From Methanobrevibacter sp. (GTDB taxonomy: Archaea; Methanobacteriota; Methanobacteria; Methanobacteriales; Methanobacteriaceae), in the NCBI RefSeq assembly GCF_045112895.1, contig NZ_JBGUIH010000002.1, forward strand, positions 2,909 through 66,908: a DNA stretch of 64,000 bases, read 5' to 3'. A model generated the notes under the pieces. That model saw only the letters and a program-made list of their open reading frames with translations, had not been told where the DNA came from and did no database searches. This document shows positions 17,311-26,239 of the stretch, one piece after another (the stretch's first letter is position 1; every line of letters starts with the position of its first letter). A program made the position numbers and the translations under genes.

Positions 17311-18348
17311 CTACTCCTCCAACAATATTATATTTTTAGGATCCACTTTCAAATATGGGGGAATCTCGAATTCGTGCTCGCGAATCTGTTTATCATATTT
17401 CCACCATAAGCCGTTTGCCAAAGTTATTTCCCATTCAAAGGGCATCTCCAATTTTGTTGCATTTGTAGTGTCTAGCACATTTACATCATTCTTTTCAGCC
17501 GGAGCAAAATCATGTGCCCTTATTCCAATATGAGTAATATTAGGGGAAATCTCTTCAGATACCTCAAAAGTTACTCCCCAATCCAAAGACTTGAGATGAT
17601 AATCATCTATAACCTCTATTCTAGAAATATTTTTACATCCGGTAAGCCTTGCAACCTGGACTTTTCCAGGATTCTCAAATATCTCGTTAGTATCTCCTTT
17701 TGCTATGATTTTACCTTTGTCCAATATTATCAGTTCATCACAGAACTGGAATGCCTCATCACGATTATGAGTAACCATGATTGAAAATCCGTCAAAGTCC
17801 TTTAGAGAATTAACAAGTTCAATACGCAACTGTTCCTTTAGGAAAGTATCCATAGCGCTGAACGGTTCATCCAACAGTATAACATCAGGACTATACGCCA
17901 ATATACGAGCTAAAGCCACCCTTTGCTGCTGACCACCTGACAATTGTCGAGGATACCTTTTTTCCAATCCCTCCAAATGAAAACGACGAATCATTTCAGA
18001 TACGATTCTCTCATCATATCCTTTAGACAACCCCGCGGCAACATTCTCTTCAACAGTCATGTTTGGAAATAGGGCATAATTCTGAAATAAATAACCGACA
18101 TTTCTTTTTTGAGGTTTTAAATTAATTTTATTATTAGAATCAAAATAGACCTTTTCTTCATCAGTTGTTAAACTTACAACACCCTTATCTGGAGTTACAA
18201 TACCTGCAATAGATTTCAAGGTCATGCTTTTGCCACAACCAGAAGGACCTAGAATACCCAAACGTCCCCTTTTCAATTCAAAATCAACATCTAAATCAAA
18301 TTCTTTAAGTTTTTTTTGAATATTTACCCTTAACAATTTATTACCCAT
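17311..18348 (-). CDS. modC: molybdate/tungstate-type ABC transporter ATP-binding protein, tandem paralog 2
   Basis: Walker A GPSGCGKS, signature LSGGQQQRV, Walker B ILLDEP. About 85% identical by eye to 18768..19805. The track start (18423) adds 25 Cys/Trp-rich residues that look spurious, so ATG at 18348 (MGNKLL) is preferred. Confidence 0.8.
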   Translation of the reverse strand: MGNKLLRVNIQKKLKEFDLDVDFELKRGRLGILGPSGCGKSMTLKSIAGIVTPDKGVVSLTTDEEKVYFDSNNKINLKPQKRNVGYLFQNYALFPNMTVEENVAAGLSKGYDERIVSEMIRRFHLEGLEKRYPRQLSGGQQQRVALARILAYSPDVILLDEPFSAMDTFLKEQLRIELVNSLKDFDGFSIMVTHNRDEAFQFCDELIILDKGKIIAKGDTNEIFENPGKVQVARLTGCKNISRIEVIDDYHLKSLDWGVTFEVSEEISPNITHIGIRAHDFAPAEKNDVNVLDTTNATKLEMPFEWEITLANGLWWKYDKQIREHEFEIPPYLKVDPKNIILLEE

Positions 18349-18767
18349 AGTCCATCTCTCGCAACATATACTCTCAATGAAATAACACCATAAAAATCTG
18401 ATTAAGATTATTTTAAATTTCATTATTTAAATAATTTTACTCTGATTTAACACCGATTTAACGATGTGAAAATAGGATAATAACAAAAAAAAGAATTTGA
18501 GATAAATTTAGAATATTTTGACATCAAAATAACTTACTTAAGAGATTTAAAGATTAGATAGGTCCCTATAGCTAAACTATAAATCAAGGTTTTCCAATGG
18601 AGTTTCCTGCAACAGAATAGCTGCAAACTATTTGCACGCTTTAAAAATACTTAAAGAACAAAGCAAAGGATAGTATCAGACAAATAAACAATAACACAAA
18701 AAATAGAAAAGAAATCAAAACCAAAAAAAATAAGAAGATAAATTAGAAAATAAGAGATATGATTGAG

Positions 18768-19805
18768 CTATTCTTCCAATAGGATAATATTCTTAGGATC
18801 AACTTTCAGATATTCCGGAATCTCAAATTCATGCTCTTGAATTTCTTTATCAAATTTCCACCATAACCCATTTGCCAAGGTGATTTCCCATTCAAAAGGC
18901 ATTTCCAATTTTGTTGCATTCTTAGTATCGAATGCATTGACATCATCTTCTTTAGCAGAAACAAAATCATGTGCCCTTATTCCAATATGAGTAATGTTCG
19001 GCGGAATCTCTTCAGATACCTCAAAAGTTACTCCCCAATCCAAAGACTTAAGATGATAATTATCAATGATTTCTACTTTGGAAATATTTTTACACCCTGT
19101 AAGTCTTGCAACCTGAACTTTTCTTGGATTCTCGAATATATCATAAGTATCCCCTTTCGCTATGATTTTGCCTTGATCAAGCACTATAAGTTCATCACAG
19201 AACTGGAATGCCTCATCACGGTCATGAGTGACCATTACAGAAAATCCGTCGAAATCTTTCAGGGAATTTACAAGTTCAATACGCAACTGTTCCTTTAGGA
19301 AAGTATCCATAGCGCTGAAAGGCTCATCTAACAATATAACATCCGGACCGTAAGCCAATATTCTAGCCAAAGCAACCCTTTGCTGCTGACCCCCAGACAA
19401 TTGTCGGGGATATCGCTTTTCTAAGCCATCTAAATGAAAACGCTTAATCATTTCAGATACTGTTTTCTTATCCGAATCATTTGATAAACCAATTGCAATA
19501 TTTTCTTCAACAGTCATGTTGGGAAACAGGGCATAATTCTGAAATAGGTAACCTACATTTCTACTTTGAGGTTTTAGATTAATCTTTTTTTCAGAATCAA
19601 AATAAACATTTTCATCATCTGTAATTACACTTACAACACCCTCATCCGGAGTTACAATGCCTGCAATAGACTTCAAGGTCATGCTTTTACCACAACCAGA
19701 AGGGCCAAGAATACCCAAACGCCCTCTTCTCAATTCAAAATCAACATCCAAGTCAAATTCCTTAAGTTCCTTGAGGATATCTACCTTCAACAATTTATTA
19801 TCCAT
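18768..19805 (-). CDS. modC: molybdate/tungstate-type ABC transporter ATP-binding protein, tandem paralog 1
   Basis: 345 aa with the same ABC motifs. Follows modB after 47 nt. Confidence 0.85.
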   Translation of the reverse strand: MDNKLLKVDILKELKEFDLDVDFELRRGRLGILGPSGCGKSMTLKSIAGIVTPDEGVVSVITDDENVYFDSEKKINLKPQSRNVGYLFQNYALFPNMTVEENIAIGLSNDSDKKTVSEMIKRFHLDGLEKRYPRQLSGGQQQRVALARILAYGPDVILLDEPFSAMDTFLKEQLRIELVNSLKDFDGFSVMVTHDRDEAFQFCDELIVLDQGKIIAKGDTYDIFENPRKVQVARLTGCKNISKVEIIDNYHLKSLDWGVTFEVSEEIPPNITHIGIRAHDFVSAKEDDVNAFDTKNATKLEMPFEWEITLANGLWWKFDKEIQEHEFEIPEYLKVDPKNIILLEE

Positions 19806-19852
19806 AACATACCCCGTACATGAAAAAAAGTTCTAATATCATCAATAGAAAA

Positions 19853-20530
19853 TTATTTCCATTGCCTTTCCTTACGTATAGAAACATAATCCATGATGAA
19901 AATAGCTATAAACGATATGATGACAATGACTATAACATAATTAAAAGCCTCCCCCATATTACCAGCAGCTACTTCAGAATAAACTGCCATAGGGAGTGTC
20001 CTGGTTTGTCCCGCGATATTACCTGCAAGCATTGCTGTAGCACCGAATTCTCCTAAACCACGGGCAAAAGCAAGAATTCCACCACTAATAATTCCCGGCA
20101 ATGCATTAGCAAATAAAATCTTCCAAAAAATTTTCCACTCGGACATACCTAATGTCCGACCGGCATCCAGTAAGTTTGAATCAACTTGTTCAAAAGCTCC
20201 TCTAGAAGATCGGTACATCAAAGGGAAAGACATGACTACTGCAGCAATAACTGTTGCAGGCCATGAAAAAGCGATTTTCACAGCAAAGAAGTCTATAAAA
20301 AAACTACCTATTGGTCCTCTAACACCAAAAATCCACAACAAAAAGAACCCTACTACAGTAGGCGGCAGTACAATCGGCAGTGTAAAAATACCATCAAGTA
20401 CAATTTTTATTGTATCATTTTTAATCTTAACAATACCCCAAGCAACAATCAAACCTACAAAAAAGGTTACAAAAATTGATAAGCTTGCAGTTTTCATTGA
20501 AATGAAAACCGGGGACCAATCAGTAGTCAT
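19853..20530 (-). CDS. modB: molybdate ABC transporter permease
   Basis: 225 aa, 5-6 TM segments. EAA-loop-like LLDAGRTLGMSEWKIFWKILFANALPG is typical of ModB/CysTW permeases. Confidence 0.9.
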   Translation of the reverse strand: MTTDWSPVFISMKTASLSIFVTFFVGLIVAWGIVKIKNDTIKIVLDGIFTLPIVLPPTVVGFFLLWIFGVRGPIGSFFIDFFAVKIAFSWPATVIAAVVMSFPLMYRSSRGAFEQVDSNLLDAGRTLGMSEWKIFWKILFANALPGIISGGILAFARGLGEFGATAMLAGNIAGQTRTLPMAVYSEVAAGNMGEAFNYVIVIVIISFIAIFIMDYVSIRKERQWK

Positions 20531-20585
20531 GTCTATATCACCTTCAATAATATATATTACTCATATGAACTATTTAATATTGAAT

Positions 20586-21398
20586 CTATTCATGAAGAGT
20601 AAAACCGTATTCAACGAATACATCTTTAGCTTCTTGAGATTGTAAGAAGTCCATGAATGCGTTTGCAGCATCTGAATCGGTTGAGTTTTTAAGTTCAGCT
20701 ATAGGATAAATAACTGGAGTGTCTAAAACTTCTTCAGGAGCTTCACAAATAACTTTAACGTCATCAGTGGATTTAGCATCGGTAGCATATACGATACCGC
20801 ATTCAGCGGATCCTTGAGCTACTTGGTTTAATACTGCAGTTACATCAGTACCTAAAGATAATTTAGATTCAACATCATCCCAAATACCAGTATTGTTTAA
20901 TACTTGCTCAGCGTATTGACCTGCAGGTACGGATTCAGGGTCACCAATAGCGATGTTACCATCGATGTCTTTTAAATCTTCAAATGAAGATATGTTAGCG
21001 TCTGAGTCAGCAGGTACAATTAAAACAACTTTATTTTCTAAGAATTGGAGATTAGTGTCGTTATCAATTATATCTTCTTCTACTAAAGCATCCATCTGTT
21101 TGTTTGCAGCAGACATGAATACATCTGTTGCTAAACCGTTTTCAATTTGAGTTTGTAAATCCCCACTTGAAGCATAAGTAGGAGTAACTTTTACACCAGG
21201 ATATTTTTCTTCAAACATAGGAATTAAATCATTATCGAAAGCATTTTTTAAACTAGCTGCAGCAGCTAAATTAACTTCTTGTCCGTCTAAGTCAGGTTCG
21301 CCGCCAAGGAAGTCGAAAATACCTGCAGCACATGAACCAATACTAACAATAGCTACTAAAGCTATGATACCAATAAATAATATTTTCTTAGAGTCCAT
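20586..21398 (-). CDS. modA: molybdate ABC transporter substrate-binding protein
   Basis: 270 aa with an N-terminal signal/anchor. ModA-like NLAAAASLKNAF...YASSGDLQTQIENG...DVFMSA...GDPESVPAGQYA. Confidence 0.85.
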   Translation of the reverse strand: MDSKKILFIGIIALVAIVSIGSCAAGIFDFLGGEPDLDGQEVNLAAAASLKNAFDNDLIPMFEEKYPGVKVTPTYASSGDLQTQIENGLATDVFMSAANKQMDALVEEDIIDNDTNLQFLENKVVLIVPADSDANISSFEDLKDIDGNIAIGDPESVPAGQYAEQVLNNTGIWDDVESKLSLGTDVTAVLNQVAQGSAECGIVYATDAKSTDDVKVICEAPEEVLDTPVIYPIAELKNSTDSDAANAFMDFLQSQEAKDVFVEYGFTLHE

Positions 21399-22035
21399 AT
21401 TTTTTCCTCCTTTTTGAATAATTTATAACTAACACCATCCAGATATTAAACATGATAATCAAAGATTTGTAAAAAAAGCAATGATGAATAAAGTTTTTTG
21501 CGACCACCAACCTAATATGCAGTGCTATCAATATTCTGCTTTCATTTACATCTGCTAGTGTAACTGCAGATAATAAAATTATAGAAATCTGAAATAATAT
21601 TATCAATTTATAATCCTTATAAAAATTCCCAATATTTTTTCATTCATTTCCAAATCCCTAATTAAAATTTGAATATCTTGATTAGTATATAATATTTAAT
21701 TAACAATAGACATATATATTTTTTCATAACGAGTTAGAACTAAGAAATAAAAAACTGCAATAATATATTTATTTAAATTATAAATTTTTAATTTCTAGTT
21801 TATTTATTTTATATTAATTAATTATTATTTTAATCTTATTTTAATAAGATTTAGAAACATATTTAAAAATTAAATAAAAATTAGAATGTTATAAAATAAA
21901 TGTTAAATCATTATAAAACCTATATTAAAAAAAGCCGAAATCCCTTAATAAATTATCGAAAAGAATAAAAATTAATAAAGAAAAGGTCAATTATCGCAAA
22001 ATTCCACGATAATAAACACGATTTTAAATTATAGT

Positions 22036-22335
22036 TCAACCCGATACCATTACAAGTTCGCCAGTGGTCGGATCCTCATATACTTTACCAACTTCACTAA
22101 ATCCGCTATCTTCAAGCCCTCCGGCATCAGTATAGTTTTGAGTAAAAGTTTCTGCAGATGAGACATCCTGAGTATGACTTTGATTTGAAATCATGTCCGG
22201 ATTTACGGATAAAGCCATTATAGCAAAAATCAAAAAGCCCAAAGCTAAAACAAGCATTGCATCTGAAAGATTGTTTAACCCACTCATTGGATCATCATCA
22301 CTTGATGAAGAAATTCTCCTTTTTTTCCTAAGCAT
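22036..22335 (-). CDS. ExbD/TolR-like small membrane protein (DUF2149-like)
   Basis: 99 aa. Basic N-terminus then LSDAMLVLALGFLIFAIMAL, resembling the ExbD/TolR N-terminal anchor. Starts 4 nt after the ExbB-like gene. Confidence 0.55.
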   Translation of the reverse strand: MLRKKRRISSSSDDDPMSGLNNLSDAMLVLALGFLIFAIMALSVNPDMISNQSHTQDVSSAETFTQNYTDAGGLEDSGFSEVGKVYEDPTTGELVMVSG

Positions 22336-22339
22336 ATTA

Positions 22340-22981
22340 TCACCACTTATTTATAGCTTCAAGTTCCGCCTCAGCGACTGTTTCAACAGTTATCAAGTCT
22401 GATTCATACCATTGCTTTTTGTATTTAGAAATCAAATATGACAAGGCCCCAATAGATAAACCGGTGACAGTTGTATCAAATGCGATTGTTAATGATTCGG
22501 CAAGGGTTAGAATATCTCCACTGCCCAGTGCGGCCAAACCTGGCCCCAATGGAATCAAAGTTCCTAAAAGACCTAAAATTGGACCTACTTTAACAAGAAT
22601 ATCCGTTTTATTAGTTCTCTTAATTAATCTTGTTTCCTCACTTGAAATTAACTCACTTGCAAGAGCCTTTCTAGCATCACTACCAATATCATGATTGTTA
22701 GCTATCCTAATCAATATTTCCTTTTGATAAGAGAATAAATTACTATCTTCAATTTTATTTTTCATTTCTGAAACATTATTTGAAAATGAAACGTTTCTTA
22801 TTAACTCCTCTAATTCATTTGATTTTATTGGTTTTCTTGATATATATTCATTGATTAATCCTCCAAATGAAAGAATGACAATTACTACAGATACGACCAG
22901 CAAAATAACAACGGGAGTTAATAAACTTTCTGAAAGAATATGAATCAATGAAGTTAATGTTTCAGTTCCTTGAATTATCAT
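22340..22981 (-). CDS. MotA/TolQ/ExbB proton-channel family protein
   Basis: 213 aa. C-terminal signature GPILGLLGTLIPLGPGLAAL...AFDTTVTGLSIG. Confidence 0.8.
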   Translation of the reverse strand: MIIQGTETLTSLIHILSESLLTPVVILLVVSVVIVILSFGGLINEYISRKPIKSNELEELIRNVSFSNNVSEMKNKIEDSNLFSYQKEILIRIANNHDIGSDARKALASELISSEETRLIKRTNKTDILVKVGPILGLLGTLIPLGPGLAALGSGDILTLAESLTIAFDTTVTGLSIGALSYLISKYKKQWYESDLITVETVAEAELEAINKW

Positions 22982-23628
22982 GAATTTCCCCCATAACTTT
23001 CATTCAAAAGCACCCCTACAACCATTAAAACAACAATCCCAATAATAAGATACATCAATTGATACAATGGAGTCAAAATCAGAAATGAGCTGAACATTGA
23101 ATAATCAAGAGTAAATGTGGAATAGTAAGTTAATGCGAAAATAAACAATAATATAGCAAATAGACTCATGAACTCACCGATAATTACTGGGTACGGCCGT
23201 TTGGCGTGCATTAATAATTTTGAAAGTTGATAAACGACAAAGAATACAATAAATACAAACAAAGAATATAATATTGTGTCAAAAAACGTTAAACTGGATT
23301 GTGATGATAAAAGAACACTTAAAACCATGGCTATAGCTGAAATTGAATATATTGGAAGCATAATCTCTTCTTTTTTTAAATAATATAACATTATCAGAAA
23401 GACAGCAATGGCAATTATCAGAAAAATAAACGTAAAATATCCCAATAAAAACAATAAGTGCTGTTTTATTTGATTTGAGGCATTTATTAAAACAAAAGCA
23501 ACAATAGCGCTTATGAGAGATAGAACAACAACCTTTAAATTGTCTAATTTAAAATTACCTATTAAAAGCGCCAAATTAGCAGAAAATAATATTGAACATA
23601 TTAATAAATATCCTCCCATCAAATCCAT
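22978..23628 (-). CDS. polytopic membrane protein (DUF2162-like predicted transporter)
   Basis: About 6-7 TM segments. ATGA overlap with the ExbB-like gene. ATG at 23628 (MDLMGGYLL) is preferred over the track start 23691. Confidence 0.55.
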   Translation of the reverse strand: MDLMGGYLLICSILFSANLALLIGNFKLDNLKVVVLSLISAIVAFVLINASNQIKQHLLFLLGYFTFIFLIIAIAVFLIMLYYLKKEEIMLPIYSISAIAMVLSVLLSSQSSLTFFDTILYSLFVFIVFFVVYQLSKLLMHAKRPYPVIIGEFMSLFAILLFIFALTYYSTFTLDYSMFSSFLILTPLYQLMYLIIGIVVLMVVGVLLNESYGGNS

Positions 23629-23843
23629 ATTTTTCGACCTATTTAATTCCTTATTACAATTTAATATTAAACAACATGAATATATAAACATATCGTAATG
23701 AATTATTAAAAAATAAATTAATGGATAAATTAATCTTTAAATCATAAATAAAATAATTAAATACAACTAAACAAAAAAATAGTAAAAAATATCAATGAAA
23801 AATAAGAATAAAAAAATTTAAAGATTAATTTAAAAACATGTTA

Positions 23844-24416
23844 TTAATCTTCAATTAATTCATAATAGGATCCTTCAGCACAGGATCTGCATAGCGGTCT
23901 TCCGCCCCTAAGCACATGACGGCCATCAGATACTTTTTCACCGCAGACAGAACAGAATGTTGTAGTGTAAGGTTTGCCCGGCATGTCTCCTGGAGACAAT
24001 TCAATCTTAACTTTATCCACTTTAAACAACTCTTCAGGAGGAGTGCGTCTAAAGCGAGCAATCATTTCCTCTTTTGTTTCCTCATCCTTGAATTTTTTGT
24101 TTGCATCCGCATCAGTAATCCTTAAAGCCTCGCCAGTATCAGTATTATAAAATGTAGCTGCGAATTTTCCATAATACATTTGTTTCAATGTTCTTTTACC
24201 CATGGAACATCCTGTAACGGATTGAACCGCATCAGACATGCATCTGTCAATTTCCAAAAATACAATTAGATTTTTATGTCTTTTATTTAGCTCCATTCCA
24301 AGAAGTTCAAGACCATACATGGCCAATTTAGTGCCAATAGCTATTCCACCACAGACATGACCATGAAAATTAGCCGCTTTTGTTAACTGTTCATCATACT
24401 CTTGTTCGTTCATCAT
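23844..24416 (-). CDS. FmdE/FwdE-domain protein with C-terminal zinc ribbon
   Basis: 190 aa. FHGHVCGGIAIGTKLA is the FmdE hallmark, and the C-terminus carries CSVCGEKV...LCRSC. Starts 6 nt after the ABC ATPase stop. Confidence 0.8.
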   Translation of the reverse strand: MMNEQEYDEQLTKAANFHGHVCGGIAIGTKLAMYGLELLGMELNKRHKNLIVFLEIDRCMSDAVQSVTGCSMGKRTLKQMYYGKFAATFYNTDTGEALRITDADANKKFKDEETKEEMIARFRRTPPEELFKVDKVKIELSPGDMPGKPYTTTFCSVCGEKVSDGRHVLRGGRPLCRSCAEGSYYELIED

Positions 24417-24422
24417 ATCACC

Positions 24423-25226
24423 TTATAAATCCAATTTCAAGTTTGTTTTTAAAGGCACACATACCTTTCTGTTATTATCCAACTCAATTAATTTGACATC
24501 AATTGAATAAGCTTTTTTTAAGTTACTTTCAGTTACAACTTCATCTGGACTTCCAAAATCAATGAATTTTTTATTTTTCATTATTGCTACTTTAGTTGAG
24601 CTTAAAAATGCATGATCCGGAAAATGTGATGACATTATAATTGAAAGACCTGCTTTTGACAAATTATCAATAATCTCTAAAAGTTTAATCTGGTTTCCGA
24701 AGTCCAAATGTGAAGTTGGTTCATCTAATATCAATATGTCAGGTTTTTGACAAAGGACTCTTGCTAAAAATACCAATTGTCTTTCACCACCACTCAAATT
24801 TGTATATTCCTTATCTTTGAGATGATCAATTCCTAGAGTTTTAAGGGAATTCATTGCAATTTCCATATCCTCTTTTTTAGGAGAATCTGTTAAATTCAAA
24901 TAAGGAGCTCTTCCCATAACCACAACATCTAGAACCTTAAATGGAAAAGACGGAACATGTGATTGCGGAATGTATCCTATATGAGTTGAAATCTCCTTAA
25001 AGGATATTTTTTTAATAGATTTTCCATTGATTAATATTTCTCCGGAATCAATATCGTGCAGACCATTAAGGCATTTTATTAATGTTGTCTTTCCAGTCCC
25101 GTTTGGTCCCAAAATACATAAGACATCACCCCTGTCAATGGAAAAGCTGATATCTGAAAATATTTCATCGCCATCATATGAAAATGAAATATTTTTAACT
25201 TCAAACAATTTAGTGTCTAAGACCAT
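24423..25226 (-). CDS. ABC transporter ATP-binding protein (FepC/BtuD iron-siderophore/cobalamin type)
   Basis: 267 aa. Walker A GPNGTGKTT, signature LSGGERQ, Walker B ILILDEP. Confidence 0.9.
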   Translation of the reverse strand: MVLDTKLFEVKNISFSYDGDEIFSDISFSIDRGDVLCILGPNGTGKTTLIKCLNGLHDIDSGEILINGKSIKKISFKEISTHIGYIPQSHVPSFPFKVLDVVVMGRAPYLNLTDSPKKEDMEIAMNSLKTLGIDHLKDKEYTNLSGGERQLVFLARVLCQKPDILILDEPTSHLDFGNQIKLLEIIDNLSKAGLSIIMSSHFPDHAFLSSTKVAIMKNKKFIDFGSPDEVVTESNLKKAYSIDVKLIELDNNRKVCVPLKTNLKLDL

Positions 25227-26230
25227 TCTGAATACCCCTTTTTAAGTAGATATAAAAATATTGGAACTCCAATAATCGCCGTTAATATCCCTATCGGAAT
25301 TTCAATTGAAATTACTGCACGTGAAATATTATCAATAAGCAACAGGAAACTAGCTCCAAAGCTCAGGGAAGCCGGAATCAAGATTCTATTGTCGGGGCCC
25401 ACAATCATACGAGTCATATGAGGTATAACAAGCCCAATCCAACCGATAACTCCACTGATTGATACTGCTGCTGAAGTGAGCAGTGTACAGCCCATTATAA
25501 TTAATAATCTTACTCTTGAAGGATTTAAACCCAAAGATTGTGCTTCCTCATCCCCCATTGCGAGCAAATTCATATGCCATCTTAAAGCAAGCAGAATTGC
25601 AAAGCCAATAATGATAGGGATTAGAATCATTATCAATTTATCCATAGTAACGGACGCCAGACTGCCCATTAGCCAATAGACAATTTCAGGCAATTTATCA
25701 TCAGGGTCAGCTATAAACTTAATGGCTGATATTAATGCATTGAAAAAAGCGGAAATTGCAACACCTGATAAAACTAATATCAATATTCCGCCTGCTTTGT
25801 AAGCTCTTGAAATTAAGTATGTAATGGATACTGAAATCAATCCAAATAAAAATGCAAAAATCTGAATTACCGCATTAGAACCGCTTAAGATAATTGCAAG
25901 AGCCGCTCCAAAACCAGCTCCATTTGACACACCGAGCAAATCTGAGGATACGAGAGGGTTTTTAAAGATGCTTTGAAATGCCGCTCCTGCCATTGCAAGG
26001 GCCGCACCTACAACAATAGCAGCAATAATCCTCGGAAGACGTATTTCAAATACTATTGTTGTTATTGTTGGAGAGACTTCCAATTGCGGAAAAATTGGAC
26101 ATAAAATTGTACTTACAACATCGACCGGACTAATCGGATATCTTCCAATTAGAAAAGATGCGAAAAATAAAAGAATTGGAAGAAAAATCAAAAGTACAAT
26201 ACTAATAATTTCCTTTGTATCTTCATTCAT
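25217..26230 (-). CDS. FecCD-family ABC permease (BtuC/FepD-like)
   Basis: 337 aa with about 9-10 TM segments. RLPRIIAAIVVGAALAMAGAAFQSIFKNPLVSSDLLGVSNGA is typical of FecCD. Confidence 0.9.
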   Translation of the reverse strand: MNEDTKEIISIVLLIFLPILLFFASFLIGRYPISPVDVVSTILCPIFPQLEVSPTITTIVFEIRLPRIIAAIVVGAALAMAGAAFQSIFKNPLVSSDLLGVSNGAGFGAALAIILSGSNAVIQIFAFLFGLISVSITYLISRAYKAGGILILVLSGVAISAFFNALISAIKFIADPDDKLPEIVYWLMGSLASVTMDKLIMILIPIIIGFAILLALRWHMNLLAMGDEEAQSLGLNPSRVRLLIIMGCTLLTSAAVSISGVIGWIGLVIPHMTRMIVGPDNRILIPASLSFGASFLLLIDNISRAVISIEIPIGILTAIIGVPIFLYLLKKGYSEWS

Positions 26231-26239
26231 GAAAATCCT

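Noticed and set aside
18349-18423. 25-codon N-terminal extension of the second modC (MKFKIILIRFLWCYFIESICCERWT)
   Set aside because: There is no counterpart in the near-identical paralog. The extension is hydrophobic and Cys-rich and unlike an ABC ATPase N-terminus. An internal ATG aligns exactly with the paralog's start.
21388-21606. 72-aa ORF upstream of modA, and 69-aa ORF at 36265..36474
   Set aside because: Both sit in extremely AT-rich intergenic DNA. They have Ile/Leu/Asn/Lys-dominated translations, no SD, and no recognisable fold. They are most likely chance ORFs.
21399-22035. CRISPR array or other spaced-repeat structure in the long intergenic regions (also 18424..18767, 36096..36484, 57715..58176)
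   Set aside because: Read by eye, I saw no direct repeat of 24 nt or longer recurring at regular spacing. I saw only short AT-rich words and isolated inverted repeats.
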